A DNA stretch of 64,000 nucleotides, from NCBI GenBank assembly GCA_902385225.1, contig CABMEU010000004.1:20662-84661 (forward strand), written 5' to 3'. The notes under the pieces were generated by a model, which saw nothing but the letters and a program-made list of their open reading frames with translations, did no database searches and was not told where the DNA came from. Every line of letters starts with the position of its first letter. Position 1 is the first letter of the stretch. Below, one piece after another: positions 52,009-61,378 of the stretch. Source of the stretch: an uncultured archaeon (lineage in GTDB: Archaea > Iainarchaeota > Iainarchaeia > Iainarchaeales > JAAZKV01). The position numbers were made by a program, and so were the translations under genes.

Positions 52009-53247
52009 TTATTTATAAAACAAAAAGTCTTTGCAAAAATCTTTCACTTTAATCTTAATCTGCGCGAGTTTTGGCTCATTTTGGCGATTCGCAAGAGCCA
52101 AATGCATATACTCTGCGACTTGCTTCATCTCATTCTCTTTCATTCCCCTTGTTGTAAGAACCGGAGTCCCAATTCTAATCCCCGAAGGGTCCCATGGAGA
52201 GCCTGTTTCATACGGAATTGTGTTCTTGTTGCAATAAATACCGGCTTTCTCAAGAGCCTTCTCCGCTTCAATCCCGGAAATACCGCTCTTTCTAACATCC
52301 ACAAGAATCAAATGATTATCAGTGCCCCCGGAAACCAAGCGATAACCATAACTTTGAAGAGACTCTGCGAGCGCGCGAGCGTTCTTTACTATCTGTGAAG
52401 CATACTCTTTGAACTCGGGCGCAAGCGCTTCCTTAAACGCCACCGCTTTTGCCGCAATCACATGCTCATGAGGACCACCCTGAAGCCCAGGGAACACGGC
52501 CTTGTCAATCCTCTCAGCGAATTCTTTTTTACACATAATCGCCGCGCTCCTTGGACCGCGAAGAGTTTTATGAGTAGTGGTTGTAACTACATCAAAGTAA
52601 GGAACAGGATTCTCATGCACCCCTGCCGCACATAAACCAGCGATGTGGGCAATATCCGCTACACAAAACGCGCCTATTTCATCACAAATCTTTCTAAACT
52701 CCTTAAAATCAATTGCACGCGGGTATGCGGTGTAACCTGAGAGTACTAATTTTGGTTTCTCTGCAAGCACTTGTTTTCTAATCGCATCATAATCAAGGAG
52801 CTCTGTTTCCTTATCAACCCCATATTGAATGAAATTATACATTTTACCGGAGAAATTAACTTTGTGCCCATGCGTTAAGTGACCCCCTTCTGTTAATTTG
52901 AGCCCCATTGCCTTATCGCCCGGAGAAAGAAGAGCGCTGTACATCGCCATGTTCGCGGGAGAACCGGAATTTGGCTGAACATTCGCATGCTCCGCGCTAA
53001 ATAATTGCTTCAAGCGGTCAATCGCGAGAGTCTCAATCTTATCAATCACCTCATTTCCGCCATAATAACGCTTGTTTGGATACCCTTCAGCGTATTTGTT
53101 TGTCGGAAAAGAACCAAGAGCCTCAAGAACCGCCATTGAAACCAAATTCTCGCTTGGAATCAATTCAATCCCATCCATCTGGCGCTCCTTCTCAGCCATT
53201 ATCAAATCGTAAATAACTTTATCCTGTTTTTGAATGTTTTCAAACAA
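52009..53247 (-). CDS. glyA: Serine hydroxymethyltransferase
   Basis: [25 protein letters not shown] and the PLP-lysine motif [12 protein letters not shown]. Confidence 0.93.
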   Translation of the reverse strand: MFENIQKQDKVIYDLIMAEKERQMDGIELIPSENLVSMAVLEALGSFPTNKYAEGYPNKRYYGGNEVIDKIETLAIDRLKQLFSAEHANVQPNSGSPANMAMYSALLSPGDKAMGLKLTEGGHLTHGHKVNFSGKMYNFIQYGVDKETELLDYDAIRKQVLAEKPKLVLSGYTAYPRAIDFKEFRKICDEIGAFCVADIAHIAGLCAAGVHENPVPYFDVVTTTTHKTLRGPRSAAIMCKKEFAERIDKAVFPGLQGGPHEHVIAAKAVAFKEALAPEFKEYASQIVKNARALAESLQSYGYRLVSGGTDNHLILVDVRKSGISGIEAEKALEKAGIYCNKNTIPYETGSPWDPSGIRIGTPVLTTRGMKENEMKQVAEYMHLALANRQNEPKLAQIKIKVKDFCKDFLFYK

Positions 53248-53288
53248 AAAAATCAGCCCGATGAAATAAAATCAGAACAATTTTTAAT

Positions 53289-54680
53289 ATGAACGCACTA
53301 AAATCATCTGCTCTGGTGAAGAAAGTGAAAATTAAACTTGTTGAAACTAATAAGATGCAGCTTGCGGAGCTTGAAAAGTTTTTAGAGAAAAAGGAAAATC
53401 AAAAAATTAATGAGGAAACCTTCTTGGAAATGGCAAAGCCAATTAATTTCTCTTTCTCGCTTGAAAAGTGCTCGCGCCTCTTAAGCCACCATGTATGCGA
53501 GAGCCTTGACTCTTACACCCAGCAAAGCCAAAGATACGTGAAAATGGGGGCGGGGGCGTTTATTGTGCCCGCGGAAATCAAAAAACTCGGGGAAGGAATT
53601 GAAAAAGAATATACTGAACTAAATAATGAACTCCTTGAGCTCTACAATGAAATGACACAAATAAAGGAAGGATTTGCGGGAAGAAAGGCAACTGAGAAGG
53701 ATTATGTTTATGGAATAAAAATTGAGGACGGGAGATATGCGCTTCCAATCAGCATTATGACAAATGTTTTTATCACAATGAACTTCTCCAAGATAATTAA
53801 TTTTTATAAGATTATGAAAAGGGCGAAATTCGCTGAAAGCGAGGAACTACTGTCAAAACTTGATGAGGCAATTGGGGAAGAAAATATTGTTAAGAAAATT
53901 AATGAATTCGCTGATAATGACTGCGTGGATGAAAAGAAAATAATTGAGTTTGAGAAAATGAATTTTGGAAGAATAAGCGAAAAAGAGAACTGTGTTTTAA
54001 TAAATTCGTTTGAGAACCCTCTGCTTAGAAGCGGACTTGGGGCGCTTACATCCACAAACGCGGGAACGCCATCAACAATACTTGAAGGGTGGGAGAAAGA
54101 GCATAAAAAAGAGGAAAAAGCGCGCGGAGTAACGGAAAGAGTGCTAAACTACGGGCACGAATCAATTGTGGAACACGCACGAACCACATTCGGATTAATG
54201 ATGAGCCTTACATGCTACCATCAATTTGAGAGACACAGGCTGCCGAATAATATTAGAGAACGATTTGAGGAAATACCTGCGAAAAGCGAGGTTTTGATTC
54301 CTGAAGCTGTAAAAAGAGAAAAGGAACTCCTGAAAAAGTTTGAGGGAATCGTGAAAAAAACAAAAAAATTTAGGGAAAAACTTGGGGAAATTGGGGAGAA
54401 AAAAGCGGGCGCGTATTTACTCCTAAATTGCGACCTTTTGAAAGTAATCAGCTCAACTAACACTCGAATTGACAGAGAAGTCATGTGCGAGAGGCTATGC
54501 AATAACGCGCAATGGGAAATTAGGGAACTTTATGAAAAAAAACTTGCACTGCTAAAGAAACTCGCGCCTGTTATTTATGATAAAATCGGACCAGGGTGCA
54601 CGCGCGGACCCTGCCCTGAAGGAGCGCTAATGTGCGGAAAAATAATTGAAGTGCGAAAAAAATATGGGGTAATGCAATAA
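53289..54680 (+). CDS. thyX: Flavin-dependent thymidylate synthase ThyX, tandem-duplicated (two ThyX-like halves in one chain)
   Basis: Half 1 reads FSFSLEKCSRLLSHHVCESLDSYTQQSQRYV...EDGRYALP...MNFSKIINFYKIMKR (RHR reads SHH; SQRY kept). Half 2 reads GHESIVEHARTTFGLMMSLTCYHQFERHRLPNN...AQWEIREL (RHR kept; S..SQRY lost). Confidence 0.8.
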   Translation: MNALKSSALVKKVKIKLVETNKMQLAELEKFLEKKENQKINEETFLEMAKPINFSFSLEKCSRLLSHHVCESLDSYTQQSQRYVKMGAGAFIVPAEIKKLGEGIEKEYTELNNELLELYNEMTQIKEGFAGRKATEKDYVYGIKIEDGRYALPISIMTNVFITMNFSKIINFYKIMKRAKFAESEELLSKLDEAIGEENIVKKINEFADNDCVDEKKIIEFEKMNFGRISEKENCVLINSFENPLLRSGLGALTSTNAGTPSTILEGWEKEHKKEEKARGVTERVLNYGHESIVEHARTTFGLMMSLTCYHQFERHRLPNNIRERFEEIPAKSEVLIPEAVKREKELLKKFEGIVKKTKKFREKLGEIGEKKAGAYLLLNCDLLKVISSTNTRIDREVMCERLCNNAQWEIRELYEKKLALLKKLAPVIYDKIGPGCTRGPCPEGALMCGKIIEVRKKYGVMQ

Positions 54681-54702
54681 CTCGCCTTTAATGGATTTAG
54701 AA

Positions 54703-55008
54703 TTAAAAAATCCCGTTCTCCTCAAAATCCCGTTTTACCAATTGAAAATCATACCACTTGACTGCGCGATAAACTAAAAATCCGAGCGAAGCGAAAAAGG
54801 CGGCAAAAAATAAAATACTCGCGGAAAAAGAAAGCGCGAGGAAAATAACTGAAATAACCGCACAAAACGCTATCTGGAGCAAATCTTTATCCTTAACTGA
54901 AAAAATATTCCTAAACGCTCCGGAGAGGTTTGAATACTCTGTTTCGCTCTGCAAAGCCGCAGGAAGCGAAACATACAACTGCTTAAATGAATCCTTCTTT
55001 TTTACCAT
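54703..55008 (-). CDS. Hypothetical small membrane protein (101 aa)
   Basis: Two hydrophobic segments (IAFCAVISVIFLALSF, ILFFAAFFASLGFLVY). Confidence 0.4.
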   Translation of the reverse strand: MVKKKDSFKQLYVSLPAALQSETEYSNLSGAFRNIFSVKDKDLLQIAFCAVISVIFLALSFSASILFFAAFFASLGFLVYRAVKWYDFQLVKRDFEENGIF

Positions 55009-55171
55009 TCAAACCACCCTAATTTATCAAATGCTTCTTTGGAATCCTTCGCGAGACTGGAATTTTTCTTGCTATAGGCTCCCTTGTTTCTTTTTCTAAC
55101 CACAAAACCAATTCTTCAAACTCATGCATAGCAATATCACCCTTAAGAAAAAAATCTGACGGCGAAAAAAG

Positions 55172-55363
55172 TTATTTGAAATCGATGCCGTCAACTTTGC
55201 GGGTTGATTCGACGACGCGAAAACACCGCAAGCAGGAAGAAGTATCTTTTTTTACTATGTAATGCGAGTTGTATCTCTCGTTCTCAATAGCGACCATTGT
55301 GCCGCCGCACGCAGAACATCTTGCTTCACCCATTATTACACACCAAGCTAAAAACTTCTTCAA
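55172..55363 (-). CDS. Small zinc-ribbon protein, hypothetical
   Basis: CSACGG...CLRC pair of CxxC motifs. The start may be the internal MGEARCSACGG. Confidence 0.4.
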   Translation of the reverse strand: MKKFLAWCVIMGEARCSACGGTMVAIENERYNSHYIVKKDTSSCLRCFRVVESTRKVDGIDFK

Positions 55364-55926
55364 TTACTAAGCCTTAAAACTAAACAAAATCAGGAATTTC
55401 GTGTATTAATGCGCTAAGGTACAAAAACACCGCGTCCAAATTGACGCTTGTACCAAAAAAACAACAAACGAAAGAATATTTTTGATTTTGAAAAAAATAA
55501 ATCAAATATCACAAAAATATTTCAACGCTATGCATTAAACACATCTATTGGCTCACCAAATAATTTCCGATTTCTCACCAAAAAAGGCAAATTTTTTGGT
55601 TCTCATCAAGCAATATGTGATAAGTTAATAAAGCTAATCTCAAAAAATATCAAAAAAATATTAAAAAAATCGGCTGACAACAAATACTCAATAGATTTAA
55701 AAAGAAAATCCTTAATGACGCAAAATATAGGACAATTTTTACATTTGCTGAAGAAAAATTTTGGAAAATTGCTTGTGAAACAATTCCTATTACCTAATTT
55801 ACACCACCGGCACGGCACTAGAAAAGCGTTTATAAGCTACCTAACACAATTCATTTGTTGATTTACGCAATGGGAGGTTAGTTTTGCCAAAAACTCCGCT
55901 CAAAAAGCGTACAACGAGGTGAAATA

Positions 55927-56880
55927 ATGGCTAAGAAAATAGAAAAAGTAGAGGACCTGCCGGGAGTAGGAGAAACTGCTGCAAAGAAACTCGCGGAAGC
56001 AGGATACAAAACCCTTGAGCAAATCGCTGTTGCCAGCGGAAGCGAACTGCAGGAAGTTGCGGGACTTGGAGAAGGAACCGCGGATAAAGCAATCAAAGCG
56101 GCAAGAGACGCGCTTGATATGGGATATGAAACCGCTGATGTGCTCGCGGAAAAACGAAAACTAGTGGGAAGATTAACTACCGGCTCAAAAGAACTTGATA
56201 ATCTAATCGGGGGCGGAATTGAGACACAGAGTATTACTGAAGTTTATGGAAAAATGGCGAGCGGGAAATCCCAATGGTGCTTCCAAACAGCTGTAACCGT
56301 GCAATTGCCAAAAGAACAGGGCGGACTTGAAGGAGGGTGCCTCTATGTTGATTCTGAAAATTCATTCAGACCGGAGAGAGTAATACAAGTCGCAAAAAAA
56401 TTCGGGCTTGATACTGATGCCGCGCTAAAAAATATTTATGTCGCAAGAGCATACAACGCGGAACACCAAATGATACTCGTTGATAAAGCGGCGGACATGA
56501 TAAAAGAAAAAAATATTAAACTCTTGATTGTGGATTCGCTCACCGCGCAATTCCGCTCGGAGTTTGTTGGAAGAGGAACACTCGCTGAAAGACAGCAAAA
56601 ACTCAACAAACACATGAGGTCACTGCAAAAGACAGCGGAAATGTACAATGTTGCCGTACTTGTGACAAACCAAGTAATGTCAAGACCAGATATATTGTTT
56701 GGTGACCCAACTGAACCTGTCGGAGGAAATGTTGTAGGACACGCAAGCAAAACCAGATTGTACTTAAGAAAGAGCAAAGAGGATAAAAGAGTTGCAAAAC
56801 TCGTTGACTCCCCTTCACTCCCTGATGGAGAGGCACTCTACAGAATCACTGAAAACGGGATAGAGGATGTTGAGGAATAG
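55927..56880 (+). CDS. radA: Recombinase RadA
   Basis: N-terminal HhH (LPGVGETAAKKLAEAGYKTLEQIA), Walker A EVYGKMASGKSQ, Walker B LLIVDSL and VLVTNQV...GGNVVGHAS. GAGGTGA RBS upstream. Confidence 0.93.
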   Translation: MAKKIEKVEDLPGVGETAAKKLAEAGYKTLEQIAVASGSELQEVAGLGEGTADKAIKAARDALDMGYETADVLAEKRKLVGRLTTGSKELDNLIGGGIETQSITEVYGKMASGKSQWCFQTAVTVQLPKEQGGLEGGCLYVDSENSFRPERVIQVAKKFGLDTDAALKNIYVARAYNAEHQMILVDKAADMIKEKNIKLLIVDSLTAQFRSEFVGRGTLAERQQKLNKHMRSLQKTAEMYNVAVLVTNQVMSRPDILFGDPTEPVGGNVVGHASKTRLYLRKSKEDKRVAKLVDSPSLPDGEALYRITENGIEDVEE

Positions 56881-56934
56881 GACGGGAGCGAAATACTCAA
56901 AATCAGAGCGAAGTATAAAAAGTAAAACTAATTC

Positions 56935-56961
56935 TGACTGGGCATGAAAAATGCTCAGTCA
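56935..56961. terminator. 11-bp hairpin (one G-U) between convergent radA and the ATPase gene, followed by a T-rich run
   Basis: TGACTGGGCAT-gaaaa-ATGCTCAGTCA read directly, then TTTATTCTTTTTTTC. It overlaps the stop codon of the minus-strand gene. Confidence 0.45.
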
Positions 56962-57507
56962 TTTATTCTTTTTTTCATTAGAACTAACATGGCTTAAAAT
57001 AAAAGAAACTCTTTCCTTAACACTAACTTTTGGAACAACTATCACCTCATACTTCAAATCAAGGTAAGCATTTTTTATGTGCTCGGAAATCCTCACCGCC
57101 GCATCAAAAGGCTCTTTTCTAACCTCATCATTCTTGTAAATCTCTCTCCAGGGTTCAAGGAAAAAAATCTTCTCATTATATCTGTGCTTCTTTGAGGCCT
57201 CATGAAGCGCAGGATGAACTGGGAGATTGCCATTTGTTAAATACGCAATATTATCAGGAATCCCGCGGTCAAAAAAATGCAATTCTTCGCCCACACCCAA
57301 ATGCTGATTAATCTGGCGCTGGAGAACAAGCATATTAAACTCAGCAAGCTTAATCCAGGGGACAATATCCCCTTTACTTGCGAGCTGCTCCTTAATTATT
57401 TCACGCGCAACCTCATCAAAACACTTAAAACCTTTTTTCCTTAATGCCCTAATCAAAGTGGTTTTGCCTGAAGCCGGACCGCCCGTTATAATGTAAATAT
57501 TATTCAT
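56959..57507 (-). CDS. Predicted P-loop ATPase/kinase (AAA_28, COG3911-like)
   Basis: The product starts MNNIYIITGGPASGKTTLIRAL from the ATG at 57507 and contains FFDRGIPDNIAYL and FFLEPWREIYKND. The longer track ORF (to 57774) overlaps the divergent GT2 gene. Confidence 0.7.
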   Translation of the reverse strand: MNNIYIITGGPASGKTTLIRALRKKGFKCFDEVAREIIKEQLASKGDIVPWIKLAEFNMLVLQRQINQHLGVGEELHFFDRGIPDNIAYLTNGNLPVHPALHEASKKHRYNEKIFFLEPWREIYKNDEVRKEPFDAAVRISEHIKNAYLDLKYEVIVVPKVSVKERVSFILSHVSSNEKKNK

Positions 57508-57559
57508 AAACAAAAGAGGCACAAAAAAACTTATAATCTTAAGGAGACACTTAATTTGT

Positions 57560-58426
57560 ATGGGAAAAGTGGTTGCGTGCGTATTTGCGCACAATGAAGC
57601 AAAACTAATCGGACACACGCTTTCTGTTCTTAATGAACGCAAAAGACAGGGACTAATAGATGAAATTGTGGTAATAAATGATGGAAGCACTGATGCCACC
57701 GCAAAGATAGCAAAACAAATGGGCGCAAGCGTTGTAAGCCACGAGAAAAAATCGGGAAGAGCAAAAAACTTCATAAGCGCGGCATACGCATCAAAAAAAC
57801 GCGGAGCAAGCGTAATGCTATACTTTGACGCTGACCTTATCGCGCTTCCTGTAAAAACTCTGCGAAAAATGATTGGGGCTGTTAAAAATGGAAAAGCTTC
57901 AATGGCAATAGCGCAGCAAAATGAGGAATACCCTCAGCTTGTAGCAAGAATGAGCGAGGCAGAAAGAAAAAAACTAAAAAATAGAGAAAGGTTTTCTCCA
58001 ATAGGGGAAAAATTTCGCGAGTCTTGCGGACAAAGAGCATTTAACATGGCAGCGCTTGACCCAATATTTAAGAAAAATAAAAAGTGGATGCAATACTTAT
58101 TTGAGGCGCCGTTTCCGTGGCACGGGTTTAACAAGGCTTTTAGAGAAACTGGGCTGATTGGCAAAGCGTGGGCACTTGAACCGGCGCTGGATGCTTTGGT
58201 CGCACAAAACAAAACGGTTTTTCTAAATGGCTATCCTGCTTACATGCACGCGCCTTTTCGAAAATCAACAAAACTCCACAATTTGGCAAAAACTGAGAGA
58301 AGCGGATTTGGGATACCCCATCTTGTGCGAATGGGAAGAACATCAATCGCGCAGGAAATTAAGAGAAAAAGAAAACTTGAAAGAGAAAACCGAACCAAAA
58401 GAATGTTTCTAAGAAAATCTCTCTGA
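57560..58426 (+). CDS. Family-2 glycosyltransferase (GT-A fold) with a basic C-terminal tail
   Basis: VFAHNEAKLI, VVINDGSTDAT and YFDADL (DxD). Confidence 0.75.
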   Translation: MGKVVACVFAHNEAKLIGHTLSVLNERKRQGLIDEIVVINDGSTDATAKIAKQMGASVVSHEKKSGRAKNFISAAYASKKRGASVMLYFDADLIALPVKTLRKMIGAVKNGKASMAIAQQNEEYPQLVARMSEAERKKLKNRERFSPIGEKFRESCGQRAFNMAALDPIFKKNKKWMQYLFEAPFPWHGFNKAFRETGLIGKAWALEPALDALVAQNKTVFLNGYPAYMHAPFRKSTKLHNLAKTERSGFGIPHLVRMGRTSIAQEIKRKRKLERENRTKRMFLRKSL

Positions 58427-58437
58427 TTTGTTTATAG

Positions 58438-59547
<1,110 letters not shown>

Positions 59548-59602
59548 TTACTTAAAGAATAATATTAAAATGGTTATAAGTGAGGGCAAAGGAAAAGAAG
59601 TT

Positions 59603-60337
59603 TTACTTTTTTAGAATCATCCATTCCCAATAATTCTGCTTAATAAAATTCGCCCAATATTCCGCGCCCATAATTTTAATTCCTTCTTTATTTGGAACGA
59701 GATGCTTCCATTGAATTGATTTAAATCCGGCTTTTTTTGCGCAGGACTCAAGTTTCTCTTTTGAGAAAACCATCATGTCAACAGCAAAAGGATTTGAGCC
59801 AGGAATACTAAAAGTAATTTTTGCTTTGTTTGCGCCGGTTTTAACAAAAGTGCGCCCGTAAGAATCCGCCCCAAACGGAATTTTTTCTTCAAGGCAATCA
59901 AGAATAACAAAAGTGCCGCTGGGTTTTAACAATTTAAAGGTTGAATTAAAGAATGACTGAAGCATATCTTCGGAGTCAGAATATAACAGAACCATTACCG
60001 CGAATGCCTTGTCAAACTTCTTTGGATAAGACATAATAGTCGGGGTTGAAACTAAAAATTCCAAATTTGAGAGTCCTTTACTCTTGGATTTGGCGAGCAA
60101 TATTTGTTCAATTGAAGCATCATACCCGACAACACTTGCTCCTTTCTTTGCAACCATTCGCGCAATCGTGCCATCACCGCAGCCAATATCCAAAATTAAT
60201 TCATTTTTCTTTGGAGAAAGCAAATTTAATAGCTGGGGTCGCTGGGCGAATTTCTTTACAGGATCAACCGCAATCATTTCTGAATAATCCTTAGCAACTA
60301 AATCATATTGAACCATGAAAAAGCTACTGCTTTTCAA
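59603..60337 (-). CDS. Class I SAM-dependent methyltransferase
   Basis: Motif I ILDIGCGDGTIA, then VVGYDAS, and the post-I/II pattern. Confidence 0.8.
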   Translation of the reverse strand: MKSSSFFMVQYDLVAKDYSEMIAVDPVKKFAQRPQLLNLLSPKKNELILDIGCGDGTIARMVAKKGASVVGYDASIEQILLAKSKSKGLSNLEFLVSTPTIMSYPKKFDKAFAVMVLLYSDSEDMLQSFFNSTFKLLKPSGTFVILDCLEEKIPFGADSYGRTFVKTGANKAKITFSIPGSNPFAVDMMVFSKEKLESCAKKAGFKSIQWKHLVPNKEGIKIMGAEYWANFIKQNYWEWMILKK

Positions 60338-60386
60338 AACTTAAAGCTAACCATACAATTTTAATCATTTCAAACCCAATATTTAT

Positions 60387-60656
60387 GGACTAGGCCGGGC
60401 CGCTAGCGGTGGCTTGTCACCATAAATCCGCTTTATGATGGGGCTGAAGTGAGGCAAGAGGTTCGTATGCTATTGTTGACACCATTTTGGTGGCGTCGAA
60501 GCTCTGTCCTTACAGGTGTTTCACTGAAACGAACCCCGCCAGGGCAGGAATGCAGCAACGGTAATTTTAATGGAAGACGCTGAAGGGAAACGGAGTGGAG
60601 TCACTAGAGTGAAATGCTAACATTAGCTAAAAATCCATTGCCTTACGCGTCCATGC
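60387..60656 (+). ncRNA. Signal recognition particle RNA (archaeal 7S RNA); ends approximate
   Basis: The 5' GGACTAGGCCGGGCCGC resembles the archaeal SRP RNA 5' end (GGGCUAGGCCGGG...). The helix-8 signature CCAGGGCAGGAATGCAGCAACGG has the GGAA tetraloop and flanking AGCA. The 3' CCTTACGCGTCC can pair with the 5' GGACTAGG and is followed by GCTTTTTG. This GC-rich island has no ORF. Confidence 0.75.
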
Positions 60657-60820
60657 TTTTTGTAAAATAAGTTTTTGGGGCATGCACACCAAAATACCCA
60701 AAAATAAATCTTTTTTTAGTGAAGAACGCTACATAATTAAGTCTTTAAACCACTTCTAATAAGGTTAAAGTAGAAAACAAGAAAAGTTATGTAAAAGTTG
60801 TCATTTTATTAAAGTGTCGG

Positions 60821-60835
60821 AAAAGCTTTTATATA
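60821..60835 (+). promoter_or_regulatory. Archaeal BRE/TATA-like element AAAAGC-TTTTATATA
   Basis: Read directly, about 39 nt upstream of the ATG at 60870. Confidence 0.45.
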
Positions 60836-60869
60836 ATAAAAGCGTTCAATAAGCAAATAAACGTGGTTT

Positions 60870-61049
60870 ATGATGGTTTTTGAGAAAAAAATGTCTGTTA
60901 AGGACTTAATCGAACAAATGAGAGAAGAACTCAAGAAAGAGCAGGAAGAAGCGGGGATTATCTCAAAACCCTCAAAGAAAAAAACACTCGCAAAAAAGGC
61001 AAAAGCGAAAGCAAAGCCGAAAAAAAGCGCTAAAAAGAAAAAGAAATAA
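60870..61049 (+). CDS. Small lysine-rich protein (59 aa), hypothetical
   Basis: My own translation reads MMVFEKKMSVKDLIEQMREELKKEQEEAGIISKPSKKKTLAKKAKAKAKPKKSAKKKKK*. It is one codon below the track cutoff and has a consensus-like TATA upstream. Confidence 0.4.
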   Translation: MMVFEKKMSVKDLIEQMREELKKEQEEAGIISKPSKKKTLAKKAKAKAKPKKSAKKKKK

Positions 61050-61050
61050 G

Positions 61051-61371
61051 CTAATCCTTCTTAGAATCAGCTTTTTTCACTTCTTTTGCTAATTTATCGA
61101 GCACACTCTGAAGAGTATTTATCAAAATCCAATCCTCATTTGAAGCAAAGAACTTTTTGCCCCTAATAGAAAGAGTGCCGTGCACCTCGTGCTGAATACG
61201 CAGACCCCCCTTCTTGTACTGCTTAAGATCCAAATGCAATTTTGCATCCTCCCCCACCTTTTTAAAAAAATGGGAAAGAGCGGACTCAAACAATTTCTCA
61301 TCAACCTCGTCAAATTCTGGGAACTTAACTAACTCAACGTTCAAAAAATTATTCACCAAAAACACCTCCAA
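61051..61371 (-). CDS. HPF/RaiA-like (ribosome hibernation factor family) protein, tentative
   Basis: LHLDLKQYKKGGLRIQHEVHGTLSIRGKKFFASNEDWILINTLQSVLDKLAKEVKK parallels the bacterial HPF/YfiA core as I recall it (...v.v.l......v.i.l......A....eDmY.AID.....KLerQl.K.K). There is no ATG. GGAGGTG is followed 6 nt later by GTG at 61356, which is the likely start. Confidence 0.45.
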   Translation of the reverse strand: MEVFLVNNFLNVELVKFPEFDEVDEKLFESALSHFFKKVGEDAKLHLDLKQYKKGGLRIQHEVHGTLSIRGKKFFASNEDWILINTLQSVLDKLAKEVKKADSKKD

Positions 61372-61378
61372 AAAAACA

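Noticed and set aside
55448-55861. A 137-aa plus-strand ORF in the AT-rich gap before radA
   Set aside because: It has a TTG start, no RBS, K/N/I/F-rich low-complexity content and no motif. It is treated as non-coding, although not disproved.
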